Assembly (NCBI GenBank): GCA_963664325.2
Contig: CAXXDQ010000002.1
Span: forward strand, 160,001-224,000
DNA: 64,000 nt
Direction of reading: 5' to 3'
Source: Desulfomonilia bacterium
GTDB taxonomy: Bacteria > Desulfobacterota > Desulfomonilia > UBA1062
This document shows positions 17,102 through 26,862 of the stretch, one piece after another (the first letter of the stretch is position 1; each line of letters begins with the position of its first letter). The notes beneath the pieces are model-generated. The model saw nothing but the letters and a program-made list of their open reading frames with translations. It did no database searches and was not told the DNA's origin. Both the position numbers and the translations under genes were made by a program.

Positions 17102-19684
17102 TTATGAACCGGCATGTATGCCGATAGTCTGTACCCCATAAGGGCGAATTCTTATCCTGCCGTCAGGAACCGGTGTGAAATTATCAAGGGCCATGTCACA
17201 GGAATATATTTTAAGAGGGAAGGGCGAATGGAGCCCGGCTTGCAGCGGACGGCCTGTCGGATTGTAAAGCCTGGCGAATATCCGGCCATGTCTTACAAAC
17301 AAAGCGCTCAGCAGGACTTCATCGGGGCTTACCGAAAAAAAACTCAGTTTGTCGATTGGATTTTCTGAAAGAGTCTGGCTGCATAATGCAAAGGATGCCG
17401 GAAGCCTTGTTTCTTCCGCGCATTTTATGGCTTCGAGCCTGTTTTTGTAGGGCAGCAGCGAATAGCGGAACCGGTGTATACCATTCAACTTTACATATTT
17501 CGAGCCGTTCGGGCTGAACGAATCATCGCTTGCATACATCCATGAGGGGGGTGACCATGCAAGCGCGAGCCTGAGAATGCCGGCATCCTTGTCGTAGTGA
17601 AAGCCCCTGGCGCCGGGGCAGATTACGGCAAGCCCCGAACCGTCATGCTCGATTCCGGCCCAGTTGTTGCCGATAAAGGTTTCAATGTTTGTTACTTCAG
17701 ATATGAAAGGCGCCGAACGGATGACAGAACCCTTGCATAAGGGAAAACACACGCACAGCTTTTTGCCGTCCATTGCATAGAAGCCCTTGCCGTCTGAAGG
17801 TTCAGGGCCGAAAGTCAAGTTTTCGTCAAAGGTGAATCCTGCCTCCACATCGATCCTGGCAAGGTTTTTGTAGAATGTATATGCCTGTGTGCAGGGTATG
17901 CCGGCTAATTTTCCGGAAAGCTCCCATCTGCAGAAGATATCGCCGTCCGCTGTTGCGACAGGAGTGCTTCCCGTTTTTTTTGAATCGAGAAGGGCTCCGT
18001 TGATGACTGCGCTGAAATATGAGCCTTTGTCGATCAGTGCAAGATCCCCTGCAGATATGCTCAAAAGACCTTTTTCCAAGGAGGCTTTATAGAAACCGTT
18101 GGCAAAAGACGGATCATTTGTTATCCGGCGCCTGCTTGTCTGCATGTCCGTTTTTTTAAGCTTCAGTACACTAAGACCCAGGGGCGGGATTTCATGCTGG
18201 AAGTATGTTCTGTCGGTATCCGCCTGACATTCAAGCTCCGTATCATTATAAAAGACCTTCCATGCGCCCGGTATATGAAAAACATCACTCCTTTTCCCTG
18301 CATGGGGATTGAACAGGATCAGGCAGGGTGTCCCCTCTTCATCGGTATTTATCTGAGGCAGTAGTTTCTTGAATGAGTAAAGGGTCAGCTTTTCTGCCGA
18401 AAGCAATACATCACGGCAAAGATCCTGCGCATATGCCGATATGGGTTTTTCATGGGCCAGGCTGAGCCAGGGTCCGCAAATATGAAAGTCATGATGCTGT
18501 GCTGTCAGCAGCGTCTCCCATGCATGGTGCAATTCATTCTCCCTGCTGATCCTCCCCAGTGCATGGACAATCGCATCTATCCTTTCGGCGGCGAGAAGCG
18601 CCGATTCGGCATCATCACGCGCGCTTAAAAGAGAATCGCTTTCAAGGCCGAAGGGCAATGACATTATAAAATCGTCTGAAGAGAATCTTTTAACAGGGAC
18701 ATTCCCGTAATCACGTCCTGCGGCATGCTCTTTGAAGAATGAAGTGAGTGTTGTAAAATGGATGGAGTTTTGATTCGCAAGCCCGGCGGATACGGGTATT
18801 GGAGATTCATGGGGAGACAGGTCTTCCATTGCTGAAATAAGCATCGGAGCGGTTCCCATATCTGTAGCCAGGCAAGCGGATGATTCGAGCCATTTCTTAT
18901 TCCACTGGCTGCTGTGGGCACCGGAAATGTTGCCTCGGAGCAACCCTTCATACAGGTCATTTCTGTTCGAGTAGTCCATCCAGCCGTACCTCGGGACCGC
19001 AGTTACGGATGAGCCGTCAGGGCCAATCCAACTGATAAAGGGTGAATTGATGCCTGTTTCCCCGCCGAAAGGAGCCCAGTGCGTCCTTACAAGCGCATAG
19101 GGGATGGAAAAACCGTTCAGTATCTGCGGGAGCTGCGAGCAGAAACACGGCTCCTGGCAGGCATAGGCTGAGACTTTGAAGCCGGCCGTTTCCCGGATTG
19201 TTCTGAGCCCGTGCTCGAACTGCCTGATGACGGCTTCTCCGCTTATGGTCTGGAGAAGGGGCTGCGAAAAGGTCCCGTTAACTACTTCAATCTTTCCTTC
19301 GTTAACAAGTTTTTTCAGGCGTGAAAAGGCGTTTTGCTGGTTATCGGCCATGTGTTTGAAAGTTGCTGCATCAAGTTCAAGCACCAGCGGGATTCCCAGC
19401 TTTTCCGCCCTGTAAAGAAGCGTGTTGCCTACGGCAGGCCAGATGAGATTATTCCATAGCCCGCCTTTTCTCAGTATCAGCCAGTCCCAGTACAGAATGC
19501 CGCCATGATAGCCTTCCATGATATAAACAGGCGATTTTAAACTGATGTTCTGAATGGACTGGTCTGTTCTTTGCCTTTTGGACATAAATGAATGAAACCA
19601 TGCAAAGAGCCTGAGAAAATTACGGGCAAGAATCGGGGGCGCATGCCGTGAAGAGATTATTTCAAGTAATGTGTTATCTGACAT
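17102..19684 (-). CDS. GH38/GH57-like glycoside hydrolase
   Basis: IEVVNGTFSQP..SGEAVIRQ, SQLPQIL, WIGPDGS, QHHD, C-terminal RLYNP and IRPYGVQT. Confidence 0.75.
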   Translation of the reverse strand: MSDNTLLEIISSRHAPPILARNFLRLFAWFHSFMSKRQRTDQSIQNISLKSPVYIMEGYHGGILYWDWLILRKGGLWNNLIWPAVGNTLLYRAEKLGIPLVLELDAATFKHMADNQQNAFSRLKKLVNEGKIEVVNGTFSQPLLQTISGEAVIRQFEHGLRTIRETAGFKVSAYACQEPCFCSQLPQILNGFSIPYALVRTHWAPFGGETGINSPFISWIGPDGSSVTAVPRYGWMDYSNRNDLYEGLLRGNISGAHSSQWNKKWLESSACLATDMGTAPMLISAMEDLSPHESPIPVSAGLANQNSIHFTTLTSFFKEHAAGRDYGNVPVKRFSSDDFIMSLPFGLESDSLLSARDDAESALLAAERIDAIVHALGRISRENELHHAWETLLTAQHHDFHICGPWLSLAHEKPISAYAQDLCRDVLLSAEKLTLYSFKKLLPQINTDEEGTPCLILFNPHAGKRSDVFHIPGAWKVFYNDTELECQADTDRTYFQHEIPPLGLSVLKLKKTDMQTSRRRITNDPSFANGFYKASLEKGLLSISAGDLALIDKGSYFSAVINGALLDSKKTGSTPVATADGDIFCRWELSGKLAGIPCTQAYTFYKNLARIDVEAGFTFDENLTFGPEPSDGKGFYAMDGKKLCVCFPLCKGSVIRSAPFISEVTNIETFIGNNWAGIEHDGSGLAVICPGARGFHYDKDAGILRLALAWSPPSWMYASDDSFSPNGSKYVKLNGIHRFRYSLLPYKNRLEAIKCAEETRLPASFALCSQTLSENPIDKLSFFSVSPDEVLLSALFVRHGRIFARLYNPTGRPLQAGLHSPFPLKIYSCDMALDNFTPVPDGRIRIRPYGVQTIGIHAGS

Positions 19685-20462
19685 CTCCCTGCACCCTGTC
19701 AGGATCCCATGTCTCACCTGCGATCAGAACTTTCGCACCGAGGGATGCCGATTCCATCAACAGCTCCCATTTCCTGAGCGTTTCATTAACCAGCAATGAT
19801 GTGTCCCCGGTAATCTTCACCTTGCCTTTGAGGTCAAGCCATTTTCCAGAACAGTCCATATGCAGCGGAACAGTGAATTTTGGCGCCACGGTCTGTGCAA
19901 AGCGGGTTGCATCTCTCAGGTCCATCCCGTCCTTTCCGAATATAGGATAGTATGCGCATGCTGCCTGAATAAGTGCAGCATCAATGGCAAAGGACATGAG
20001 GCCGCGTATTGTTTTTTGAGAAAGTCTTGTATCGCCGCTGAAATATACTGATTTGCCTGCCTCAATGACAAATCCGATTGCATCCGAAGCCAGCGGGTGC
20101 TCGGCATGGATGGCATTAAGGCGAATGCCTTTGAATACAAACATATCACCTTCGGAAAGTGCCCTGATGTTTTTCAAACCGAATTTTTCCGCCCTGCGGG
20201 CCACCCTTTTCGAACCTATGACCGTACATCCTGTCCTGTTCGCCAATTCCATGGCCTTCTGATCGAAATGGTCTATATGATTATGGGAAACAAGCATTGC
20301 ATCAATTGCAGTTATCTCATCAGGTGCCATCGACGGTCCGACAAGCCTTGGCGCAAGGATTTTCTCAAGACGGTTGCATGGTCCAAACCAGGGATCGGTA
20401 AGGAAACGCACACCGTCGGTCTCAATCGACACCGTCATATGGCCGATCAGCCTTATTTCCAT
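19674..20462 (-). CDS. Metallo-beta-lactamase-fold hydrolase (UlaG/UPF0173-like)
   Basis: LTDPW, SHNHIDH, YFSGDT, PLH; GGAGG RBS before ATG 20462. Confidence 0.88.
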   Translation of the reverse strand: MEIRLIGHMTVSIETDGVRFLTDPWFGPCNRLEKILAPRLVGPSMAPDEITAIDAMLVSHNHIDHFDQKAMELANRTGCTVIGSKRVARRAEKFGLKNIRALSEGDMFVFKGIRLNAIHAEHPLASDAIGFVIEAGKSVYFSGDTRLSQKTIRGLMSFAIDAALIQAACAYYPIFGKDGMDLRDATRFAQTVAPKFTVPLHMDCSGKWLDLKGKVKITGDTSLLVNETLRKWELLMESASLGAKVLIAGETWDPDRVQGDVR

Positions 20463-20505
20463 ATGTGTAAGCCCCCTCCAAGAAGAAGAATGAAAGACGA
20501 TATTC

Positions 20506-21216
20506 TTAAACCCTGTTGCCCTTATGCGGCCGGTCAAGACGGGAATGGAATTCGGAAACCTCTTTTATATGCTTTTCCATGGCGAGTCTGGCCGCGTTTG
20601 TTTTACGGGAATGGACGGCGGATAGCACCAGCCTGTGAGAGTCAAGTTCCCATTTGAGATAATCCCTGTCCTTTTCAAGGGATTCTCCCAGAGAAACTAG
20701 CATGCCGATGATCGATTCCATGAACCGCATGAAGACAATATTGTGTGAAGCCTGTGCAATGCGTACATGGAATTCGCCGTTAAGCGTTGTTACCGGCCTG
20801 TTTTCCGAAATCAGATGCGCGCACTTCTCAAGCAGCTCACTCATCTGATCGTATTCGACTGTCGTATGCCGTTTCGCGGCCAGGCCTGCGATAGCGGGCT
20901 CAATGAGCAGCCTTGCTTCAAGAAAATCGCTGTTTGTCTCTGAACCTACAAGAGGGGTGAAAATATGCGGATTAACTATAACGTTCTTGGAGATGTCCTT
21001 TACGAATGTCCCCTGTCCGGGATGCGTTTCAAGAATTCCCATTATGGCGAGCGACTGAAACGCTTCGCGTACTGACGAGCGGCCGACCTGATATTTTGCC
21101 ATCAGGTCCTTTTCTGTCGGCAGACGGGAACCGGGAGCAAAGGCCCCGTTCCGGATATGTTCAATGATGATCTTTGCAAGCGACTCGGAAAGATTTGTTT
21201 TGATCAGCGGTTCCAT
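20506..21216 (-). CDS. GntR family regulator, FadR subfamily (FCD domain)
   Basis: PGSRLPTEKDL..YQVGRSSVREA..L...G..ETHPGQGTFV; FH..IAQASHN. Confidence 0.93.
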   Translation of the reverse strand: MEPLIKTNLSESLAKIIIEHIRNGAFAPGSRLPTEKDLMAKYQVGRSSVREAFQSLAIMGILETHPGQGTFVKDISKNVIVNPHIFTPLVGSETNSDFLEARLLIEPAIAGLAAKRHTTVEYDQMSELLEKCAHLISENRPVTTLNGEFHVRIAQASHNIVFMRFMESIIGMLVSLGESLEKDRDYLKWELDSHRLVLSAVHSRKTNAARLAMEKHIKEVSEFHSRLDRPHKGNRV

Positions 21217-21238
21217 AAGCACCCTTCATCATAATATC

Positions 21239-21255
21239 ATAATGTCAGACATTAT
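21239..21255. promoter_or_regulatory. Probable GntR/FadR-subfamily operator
   Basis: Perfect palindrome ATAATGTC-A-GACATTAT just upstream of the regulator, with the TGT-N3-ACA core. Confidence 0.7.
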
Positions 21256-21493
21256 ATCATAGAAGCATCCGGGTCAAGACTAAATTATGCCTTTGCTAAA
21301 CCGGCCTGATGATATCGAAATCAAGATGAGGAAAATAATATGAATGAAAGATATAAAAAAGAATTTTATGAGACGGGTTGAAGTTGTTGGTGTATTTTTA
21401 TATACCGGTTACATTAAACTTTTTTTAAGCCGGTTGCAGGCTTCTTAAATAAGGCCGGGCAAAACTGAAAATAAATTATGTACAGGGGTAAAA

Positions 21494-22135
21494 ATGGCCG
21501 ATCAGGAAAAAGCAGGTGGAAAAATCACCCCGATTGGGTTGACAGGCGGCATATCAACAGGGAAGTCAACTGTTTCAGGGATGCTTTCTGAACTGGGCGC
21601 TGTCGTTATCGACGCCGATAAGATCGCTTTTGATGCAGTCCTTAAAGGGCAGCCCGCCTGGCAAAAGATAACAGATTGTTTCGGTGAGTGTATTCTTCTA
21701 GGAAACGGCGAGATTAACAGGAAGGCGCTCGGCGATATCATCTTTAATGATCCGGATAAAAAAAATGCACTCAATATGATCGTCCATCCCGAGGTTTTCA
21801 GCGAAATGGGAAGGCAGGTCATTGAGGCGTCGAAGAGACCCGGAACCGTTATCATCCTTGATGTGCCGCTGTTGATAGAATCCGGTATGGACAAGGGCAT
21901 GAGCGAGGTCATACTTGTCTATACTCCCGAAAAAGTCCAGCTTGAAAGGCTTATGGCAAGGGATAATATAAACAGTGCCGAAGCGATGGCCAGGATCCGC
22001 TCCCAGATGCCTGTTGAAGAAAAGAAAAGGCATGCAACAATAATAATCGATAACAGTTTCAGCATCAGGGAAACACGTGAGCAGGTAATAAAAATATTCA
22101 ACCAACTGAAAAACAGGTGCGCAAAGGTTGACTAG
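21494..22135 (+). CDS. coaE: Dephospho-CoA kinase
   Basis: IGLTGGISTGKST, IDAD, VHP, DVPLLIE, RIRSQMP. Confidence 0.96.
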   Translation: MADQEKAGGKITPIGLTGGISTGKSTVSGMLSELGAVVIDADKIAFDAVLKGQPAWQKITDCFGECILLGNGEINRKALGDIIFNDPDKKNALNMIVHPEVFSEMGRQVIEASKRPGTVIILDVPLLIESGMDKGMSEVILVYTPEKVQLERLMARDNINSAEAMARIRSQMPVEEKKRHATIIIDNSFSIRETREQVIKIFNQLKNRCAKVD

Positions 22136-22205
22136 GATTAAATTTGCGATTATGAAAAACCTTGACTTGAACAGCAGGACAGCCATTCAAAACGAGAGGT
22201 GAGTT

Positions 22206-23090
22206 ATGGATAGAAACGATCAGATTCTTGTAAACAGGGGCCTAGCCCAGATGTTGAAGGGTGGAGTCATCATGGATGTCACGACGCCTGAGCAGGCCAA
22301 GATCGCCGAAGATGCGGGCGCCGTCGCAGTCATGGCGCTTGAGCGCGTGCCGGCAGATATCCGTGCACAGGGCGGTGTCGCAAGAATGAGCGACCCTGCG
22401 ATAATCAAGGCGATAAAGCAGGCTGTGACAATCCCCGTAATGGCAAAGGCCAGGATCGGCCATATCGTTGAAGCGCAGGTGCTTGAGGCCCTCGAAATAG
22501 ATTACATTGATGAGAGTGAAGTTCTGACCCCGGCCGATGAGGCCAATCATATTGACAAGCATGCATTCAGGATTCCGTTCGTATGCGGCTGCCGCGACCT
22601 GGGAGAGGCATTAAGACGTGTGGGTGAAGGTGCCGCCATGATTCGCACAAAAGGCGAGGCGGGCACCGGCAACATAGTCGAGGCGGTCCGCCACATGAGG
22701 ACGGTCATGCAGCAGATCAGGCGGGTTGTTTCCATGAGCGATGACGAGATTTATTCATATGCAAAAGAGATCGGCGCACCTCTTTGCCTGGTAAAGGGAA
22801 TCAAGGCTGACGGCAAGCTTCCTGTCGTGAACTTCGCAGCGGGCGGGGTTGCAACACCCTCAGATGCCGCGCTCATGATGGTGCTGGGCGCAGACGGCGT
22901 ATTCGTGGGCTCCGGTATATTCAAGTCTTCAAACCCTTCGGTCATGGCAAAGGCGATAGTTGAAGCGACTGCCCATTATGACGATCCGAAACTGATTGCA
23001 CGTGTCAGTGAAAATCTGGGTGCAGCAATGAAAGGCCTTGAATTGGCTGCAATTCCAAAAGAAGAGAGGCTGGCAACAAGAGGCTGGTAA
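22206..23090 (+). CDS. pdxS: Pyridoxal 5'-phosphate synthase, synthase subunit
   Basis: [39 protein letters not shown]. Confidence 0.98.
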   Translation: MDRNDQILVNRGLAQMLKGGVIMDVTTPEQAKIAEDAGAVAVMALERVPADIRAQGGVARMSDPAIIKAIKQAVTIPVMAKARIGHIVEAQVLEALEIDYIDESEVLTPADEANHIDKHAFRIPFVCGCRDLGEALRRVGEGAAMIRTKGEAGTGNIVEAVRHMRTVMQQIRRVVSMSDDEIYSYAKEIGAPLCLVKGIKADGKLPVVNFAAGGVATPSDAALMMVLGADGVFVGSGIFKSSNPSVMAKAIVEATAHYDDPKLIARVSENLGAAMKGLELAAIPKEERLATRGW

Positions 23091-23635
23091 TGATCGGGAT
23101 CCTGGCCCTTCAAGGGGATGTCATTGAGCATGTCAACAAACTGACAGAGAGGGGAATCCCCAGCAGGCTTGTAAGATATCCTGAACACCTTGAAGGAATC
23201 CGGGGGCTGATACTGCCCGGTGGAGAAAGCACAACTTTAACAAAGCTGATCCGTCTTTCCGGTCTGGAACAACCGATAAAAAACCTGATCAAGTCAGGGC
23301 TTCCGGTATGGGGTACATGCGCCGGGGTCATCCTTCTTTCAAAGGGCGGCATTCTTGAATGTCTTGACCTTGAAGTCGAAAGAAACGCCTATGGAGCACA
23401 GCTTGACAGCTTTGTGAAAACCGGAACTTTTCTATCAAAACAGATCCCCATGGTTTTCATCCGTGCGCCCAGGATAAGAAAAGTCCGGGGTTCATGCGAA
23501 ATCCTAATTGTCCTTGACGATCACATCGTCGCCGTACGTTCGGGCAATATCCTTCTTTCAACTTTCCATCCGGAGCTTACCGACGATCCTGTATTCATCG
23601 AATATTTCCTGTCGATGATCAGCCGGAAGCCGTGA
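23090..23635 (+). CDS. pdxT: PLP synthase glutaminase subunit
   Basis: LALQG, PGGESTT, GTCAG, FIRAP, FHPEL. Confidence 0.97.
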   Translation: MIGILALQGDVIEHVNKLTERGIPSRLVRYPEHLEGIRGLILPGGESTTLTKLIRLSGLEQPIKNLIKSGLPVWGTCAGVILLSKGGILECLDLEVERNAYGAQLDSFVKTGTFLSKQIPMVFIRAPRIRKVRGSCEILIVLDDHIVAVRSGNILLSTFHPELTDDPVFIEYFLSMISRKP

Positions 23636-23662
23636 CATTGGCCGGATATACGGCCCGGCCTG

Positions 23663-25348
23663 TCACATGAGGTTGATGATTACGCTTCCCATAACGGTCA
23701 GGAATACGTTTGCAAAGGCGAAAGGAGCCGCAAAACCAAGCACCGGGGTATTGCTTTTCGAATCCTCCTGCAGAGTGTTGAGGGCGGCCGGTATAACTCG
23801 TGCACCGGTGAGGGAGCCAAGAAGGAGTACGGGGTTCATTTTAAGCAGATACCTTCCGAAAAGAAGGCCAGCTATGATAGGGACAATCGCCAGCATGACT
23901 CCTGCCAGGAATACCGATAATCCGGTCGTCTGAAGCGCGTGAAGGGCCTGTTTGCCGGAGGCTAGGCCGATGCAGGCGATGAAGAGGTTCAGACCCAGAT
24001 CATTGAGAATCCACTGCCCTCCTTCGGGTATCTGGCCGAAAGTGGGCCTTTGGGAGCGCAGCCATCCGAAGATGAGTCCGGCGAAAAGCACACCGCCGGC
24101 TGATCCCAAGGTTATCGGAACGCCTGCAACTGGAAGCACGAATAAGCCTAAGAGTGTCCCAAGAACGCACCCTGCGCCAACCATTATCAGGTCAGTTGCC
24201 GCCGTAGGCCTTTCCGCATATCCGATTACTTTTGCAACACGCTCGACATCGCTCTTTTCGCCTACGATCTGCATGATGTCGCATTTGTTTATAACGGTTC
24301 CGCCCAATATGGGAAGTTCGGAACCCTGTCTTGTTATCTTTCTCAGGAATACGCCGTGGGCCCCAGGGAAATAGGCAAGCTCATCGAGGGATCTGCCGGA
24401 AATCTGGGGATTAAGGACGCATACGTCAAGGGATTCCCCGATTAAATCCACAATTGTCGATACATCTATCTCATGGCCTATGTAATCCTGCGCATTCACC
24501 AGACCAACATGCTTGCCTGTCGTGACAAGGACATCTCCAGGATTAACAACCATGTCCTGTGTGGTATCCAGAACGTCATCGTCCCTCTTGATCCTGTTGA
24601 TGGCTATCCTGGCGGGTGCGAAGAGCCTTTCAACATCACTTACGGTTTTTCCTACAGCCATGTCATTTGTGGCCTTATAGGCCCTGATCTCCACCTGTTT
24701 TGACCAGGAAAACAGCTCGGGATTCTTCGACATGTCCGATGAACCGCCCATTGCCTTTTCGAGTTTCCCTGCCTCATCCTTCAAGTTTATTCTCATCATA
24801 CCGGGAAGGATCTTGAACAGGAATATCACTCCGACTGTCCCGAATATGTATGTTATCGCATAGGCAATCGCAATATTACCGTTCAGCAGGGCCTTGTCGG
24901 TATCTGCAATATTGAGGTGCTCTACCGCGCCCTGCGCTGTGCCGATTACCGCAGACTGTGTCATCGATCCTGCAAAAAGCCCTGCAGTTGTGCCCTGGTC
25001 AAAGTGCAGGAGCTTGCCCAGGAATACAGCCGTTATGAGACCTGCAACGGCTACGACAAGTGAAATCCATAAATAGTTAAGACCTTCTTTTCTCAATGCC
25101 CCGAAAAACTGAGGGCCCACCTGATAGCCGATGCAGAAGGCAAAGAGCGCAAAGCTTATGCTTTTCAATATTCCCGGAACCTCGATGCTGATCTGCCCGA
25201 ACGCCATTGCCGCAATCAGGACAGAAGCGGTTGTCCCGAGCCCGAAGCCCTTGACCTTGATTTTGCCGATGGCATATCCGGCCGCAAGAGAAAGGAAAAC
25301 AAGTATTTCAGGGTTTTGTTTTACAATGCCTACCATATCTTCAACCAT
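23663..25348 (-). CDS. aspT: Aspartate:alanine exchanger family (AspT/YidE-YbjL) transporter with two TrkA-C domains
   Basis: GYQVGPQFF, AGSMTQSAVIG, YAITYIFG, duplicated membrane domains around TrkA-C-like region. Confidence 0.85.
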   Translation of the reverse strand: MVEDMVGIVKQNPEILVFLSLAAGYAIGKIKVKGFGLGTTASVLIAAMAFGQISIEVPGILKSISFALFAFCIGYQVGPQFFGALRKEGLNYLWISLVVAVAGLITAVFLGKLLHFDQGTTAGLFAGSMTQSAVIGTAQGAVEHLNIADTDKALLNGNIAIAYAITYIFGTVGVIFLFKILPGMMRINLKDEAGKLEKAMGGSSDMSKNPELFSWSKQVEIRAYKATNDMAVGKTVSDVERLFAPARIAINRIKRDDDVLDTTQDMVVNPGDVLVTTGKHVGLVNAQDYIGHEIDVSTIVDLIGESLDVCVLNPQISGRSLDELAYFPGAHGVFLRKITRQGSELPILGGTVINKCDIMQIVGEKSDVERVAKVIGYAERPTAATDLIMVGAGCVLGTLLGLFVLPVAGVPITLGSAGGVLFAGLIFGWLRSQRPTFGQIPEGGQWILNDLGLNLFIACIGLASGKQALHALQTTGLSVFLAGVMLAIVPIIAGLLFGRYLLKMNPVLLLGSLTGARVIPAALNTLQEDSKSNTPVLGFAAPFAFANVFLTVMGSVIINLM

Positions 25349-25442
25349 TATAACCTCCGGGATTTCATCCTTGCTGCATTATAATACTGCATGCTAGAAT
25401 CAACTAACTTGTTATTAATACTAAATTTTGCCGGAGGCGTAC

Positions 25443-26735
25443 ATGAATCTTTTAAAAGATATATTTGCAAATGAGGTTTTTCCTGCAATCGGCTGCACCG
25501 AGCCTATTTCATGTGCCTATACCGCGGCTGCTGCTGTTGAATTGCTTGACGCGCCCGTTGAAAAAATAACGCTTTTCGTTGATCCCGGCACATATAAGAA
25601 CGGTGCGGCCGTAACGGTTCCGAACAGCGGCGGGGCGAAAGGCAATGCCATTGCGGCGGCACTCGGTGCGGCAATTGCAAAATCAGCGCTGCGCCTTGAA
25701 ATATTAAAAGACGTCTCTCCCGATATTCTGAACAAGGCCAGCGGGCTTGTCAGTTCAGGAAAACTTGAATACCGCTGCAAGGAAGACGAGAAGGCGTTTC
25801 ATGTTGAGGTCGAGGCTGCGGGAGGCGGCTCTACAGTCCGCTGCACAGTTTCGGAAGGGCATACAAATATTACGGAACTGGAAAAGAATGGTAAGTCAAT
25901 AATGGAAAAACACCCTCATGCCGGTTCAAAGGAAAAAGGATACAAGGATGTCATGAGGGAAATGCGGCTTGAAGACGTCCTCAAAAGCGTCATCCAGATG
26001 GACGGCGATGACAGGGCGTACATACAGCGGGGCGTGGACATGAACATTGCCGTATCGCTGAAAGGCATTGATATGAAGAGGACTGCCTATCAACTCAAGC
26101 ACATGATGAAGGATGGAGTCATGGCCAACGACCTTTTCTACAGGGTCAAGCTGGCGGTTGCGTCCGCTGTCGATGCCAGGATGGGCGGTATGCCCGAACC
26201 AGTCATGACAAGCGGGGGAAGCGGAAATCAGGGCTCACTCACAATACTTGTCCCTTATCTGGTAGGCAGACACCAGGATGTCGAGATCGACAGGATTCTG
26301 GAAAGCATAGCGATATCCCATGCGGTAAATTCTTATGTTAAATGTTTCATGGGGGAGCTGTCCGTCATATGCGGGTGCGCAATAGCGGCAAGTATTTCAA
26401 CGGCGATCGCCCTTGTCTATCAGAAGGCCGGGATAGATATGGAGAAAATCGCTTTTGCTATAGATAATGTAATAGGTGATCTCTGCGGTATAATCTGTGA
26501 CGGCGCCAAGCCCGGATGTTCGATGAAGATTATGAGCGGGGCTGAAACGGCAGTGAGGTCGGCTTTCATGGCACTTGCCGGTTACGGGCTGTCGGCGGCT
26601 GACGGCGTGCTGGGAAATTCCCCTGAGGAATCAATAAAAAACCTGTGCAGGGTCTCATTTGAGGGTATGGGGCTGGTTGACCCTACCGTGGTTCATATCC
26701 TCCAGGATAAATCAGTCAGGAGCGGTATGGCCTGA
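25443..26735 (+). CDS. L-cysteine desulfidase / serine dehydratase alpha-like (UPF0597, YhaM family)
   Basis: PAIGCTEP, DARMGG, GSGNQG, CGC, GIICDGAKPGC. Confidence 0.9.
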   Translation: MNLLKDIFANEVFPAIGCTEPISCAYTAAAAVELLDAPVEKITLFVDPGTYKNGAAVTVPNSGGAKGNAIAAALGAAIAKSALRLEILKDVSPDILNKASGLVSSGKLEYRCKEDEKAFHVEVEAAGGGSTVRCTVSEGHTNITELEKNGKSIMEKHPHAGSKEKGYKDVMREMRLEDVLKSVIQMDGDDRAYIQRGVDMNIAVSLKGIDMKRTAYQLKHMMKDGVMANDLFYRVKLAVASAVDARMGGMPEPVMTSGGSGNQGSLTILVPYLVGRHQDVEIDRILESIAISHAVNSYVKCFMGELSVICGCAIAASISTAIALVYQKAGIDMEKIAFAIDNVIGDLCGIICDGAKPGCSMKIMSGAETAVRSAFMALAGYGLSAADGVLGNSPEESIKNLCRVSFEGMGLVDPTVVHILQDKSVRSGMA

Positions 26736-26862
26736 TTCCGTAGGTTTTTATTGGCATAAGAGATGATTTGAGATTAATGCCCTTGACACAGCGGGCATTA
26801 CACCATAATTTTTAATAAAGTTTTTTCAGGTAATTTTTTATTACATATGAGGAGGACGGAAA

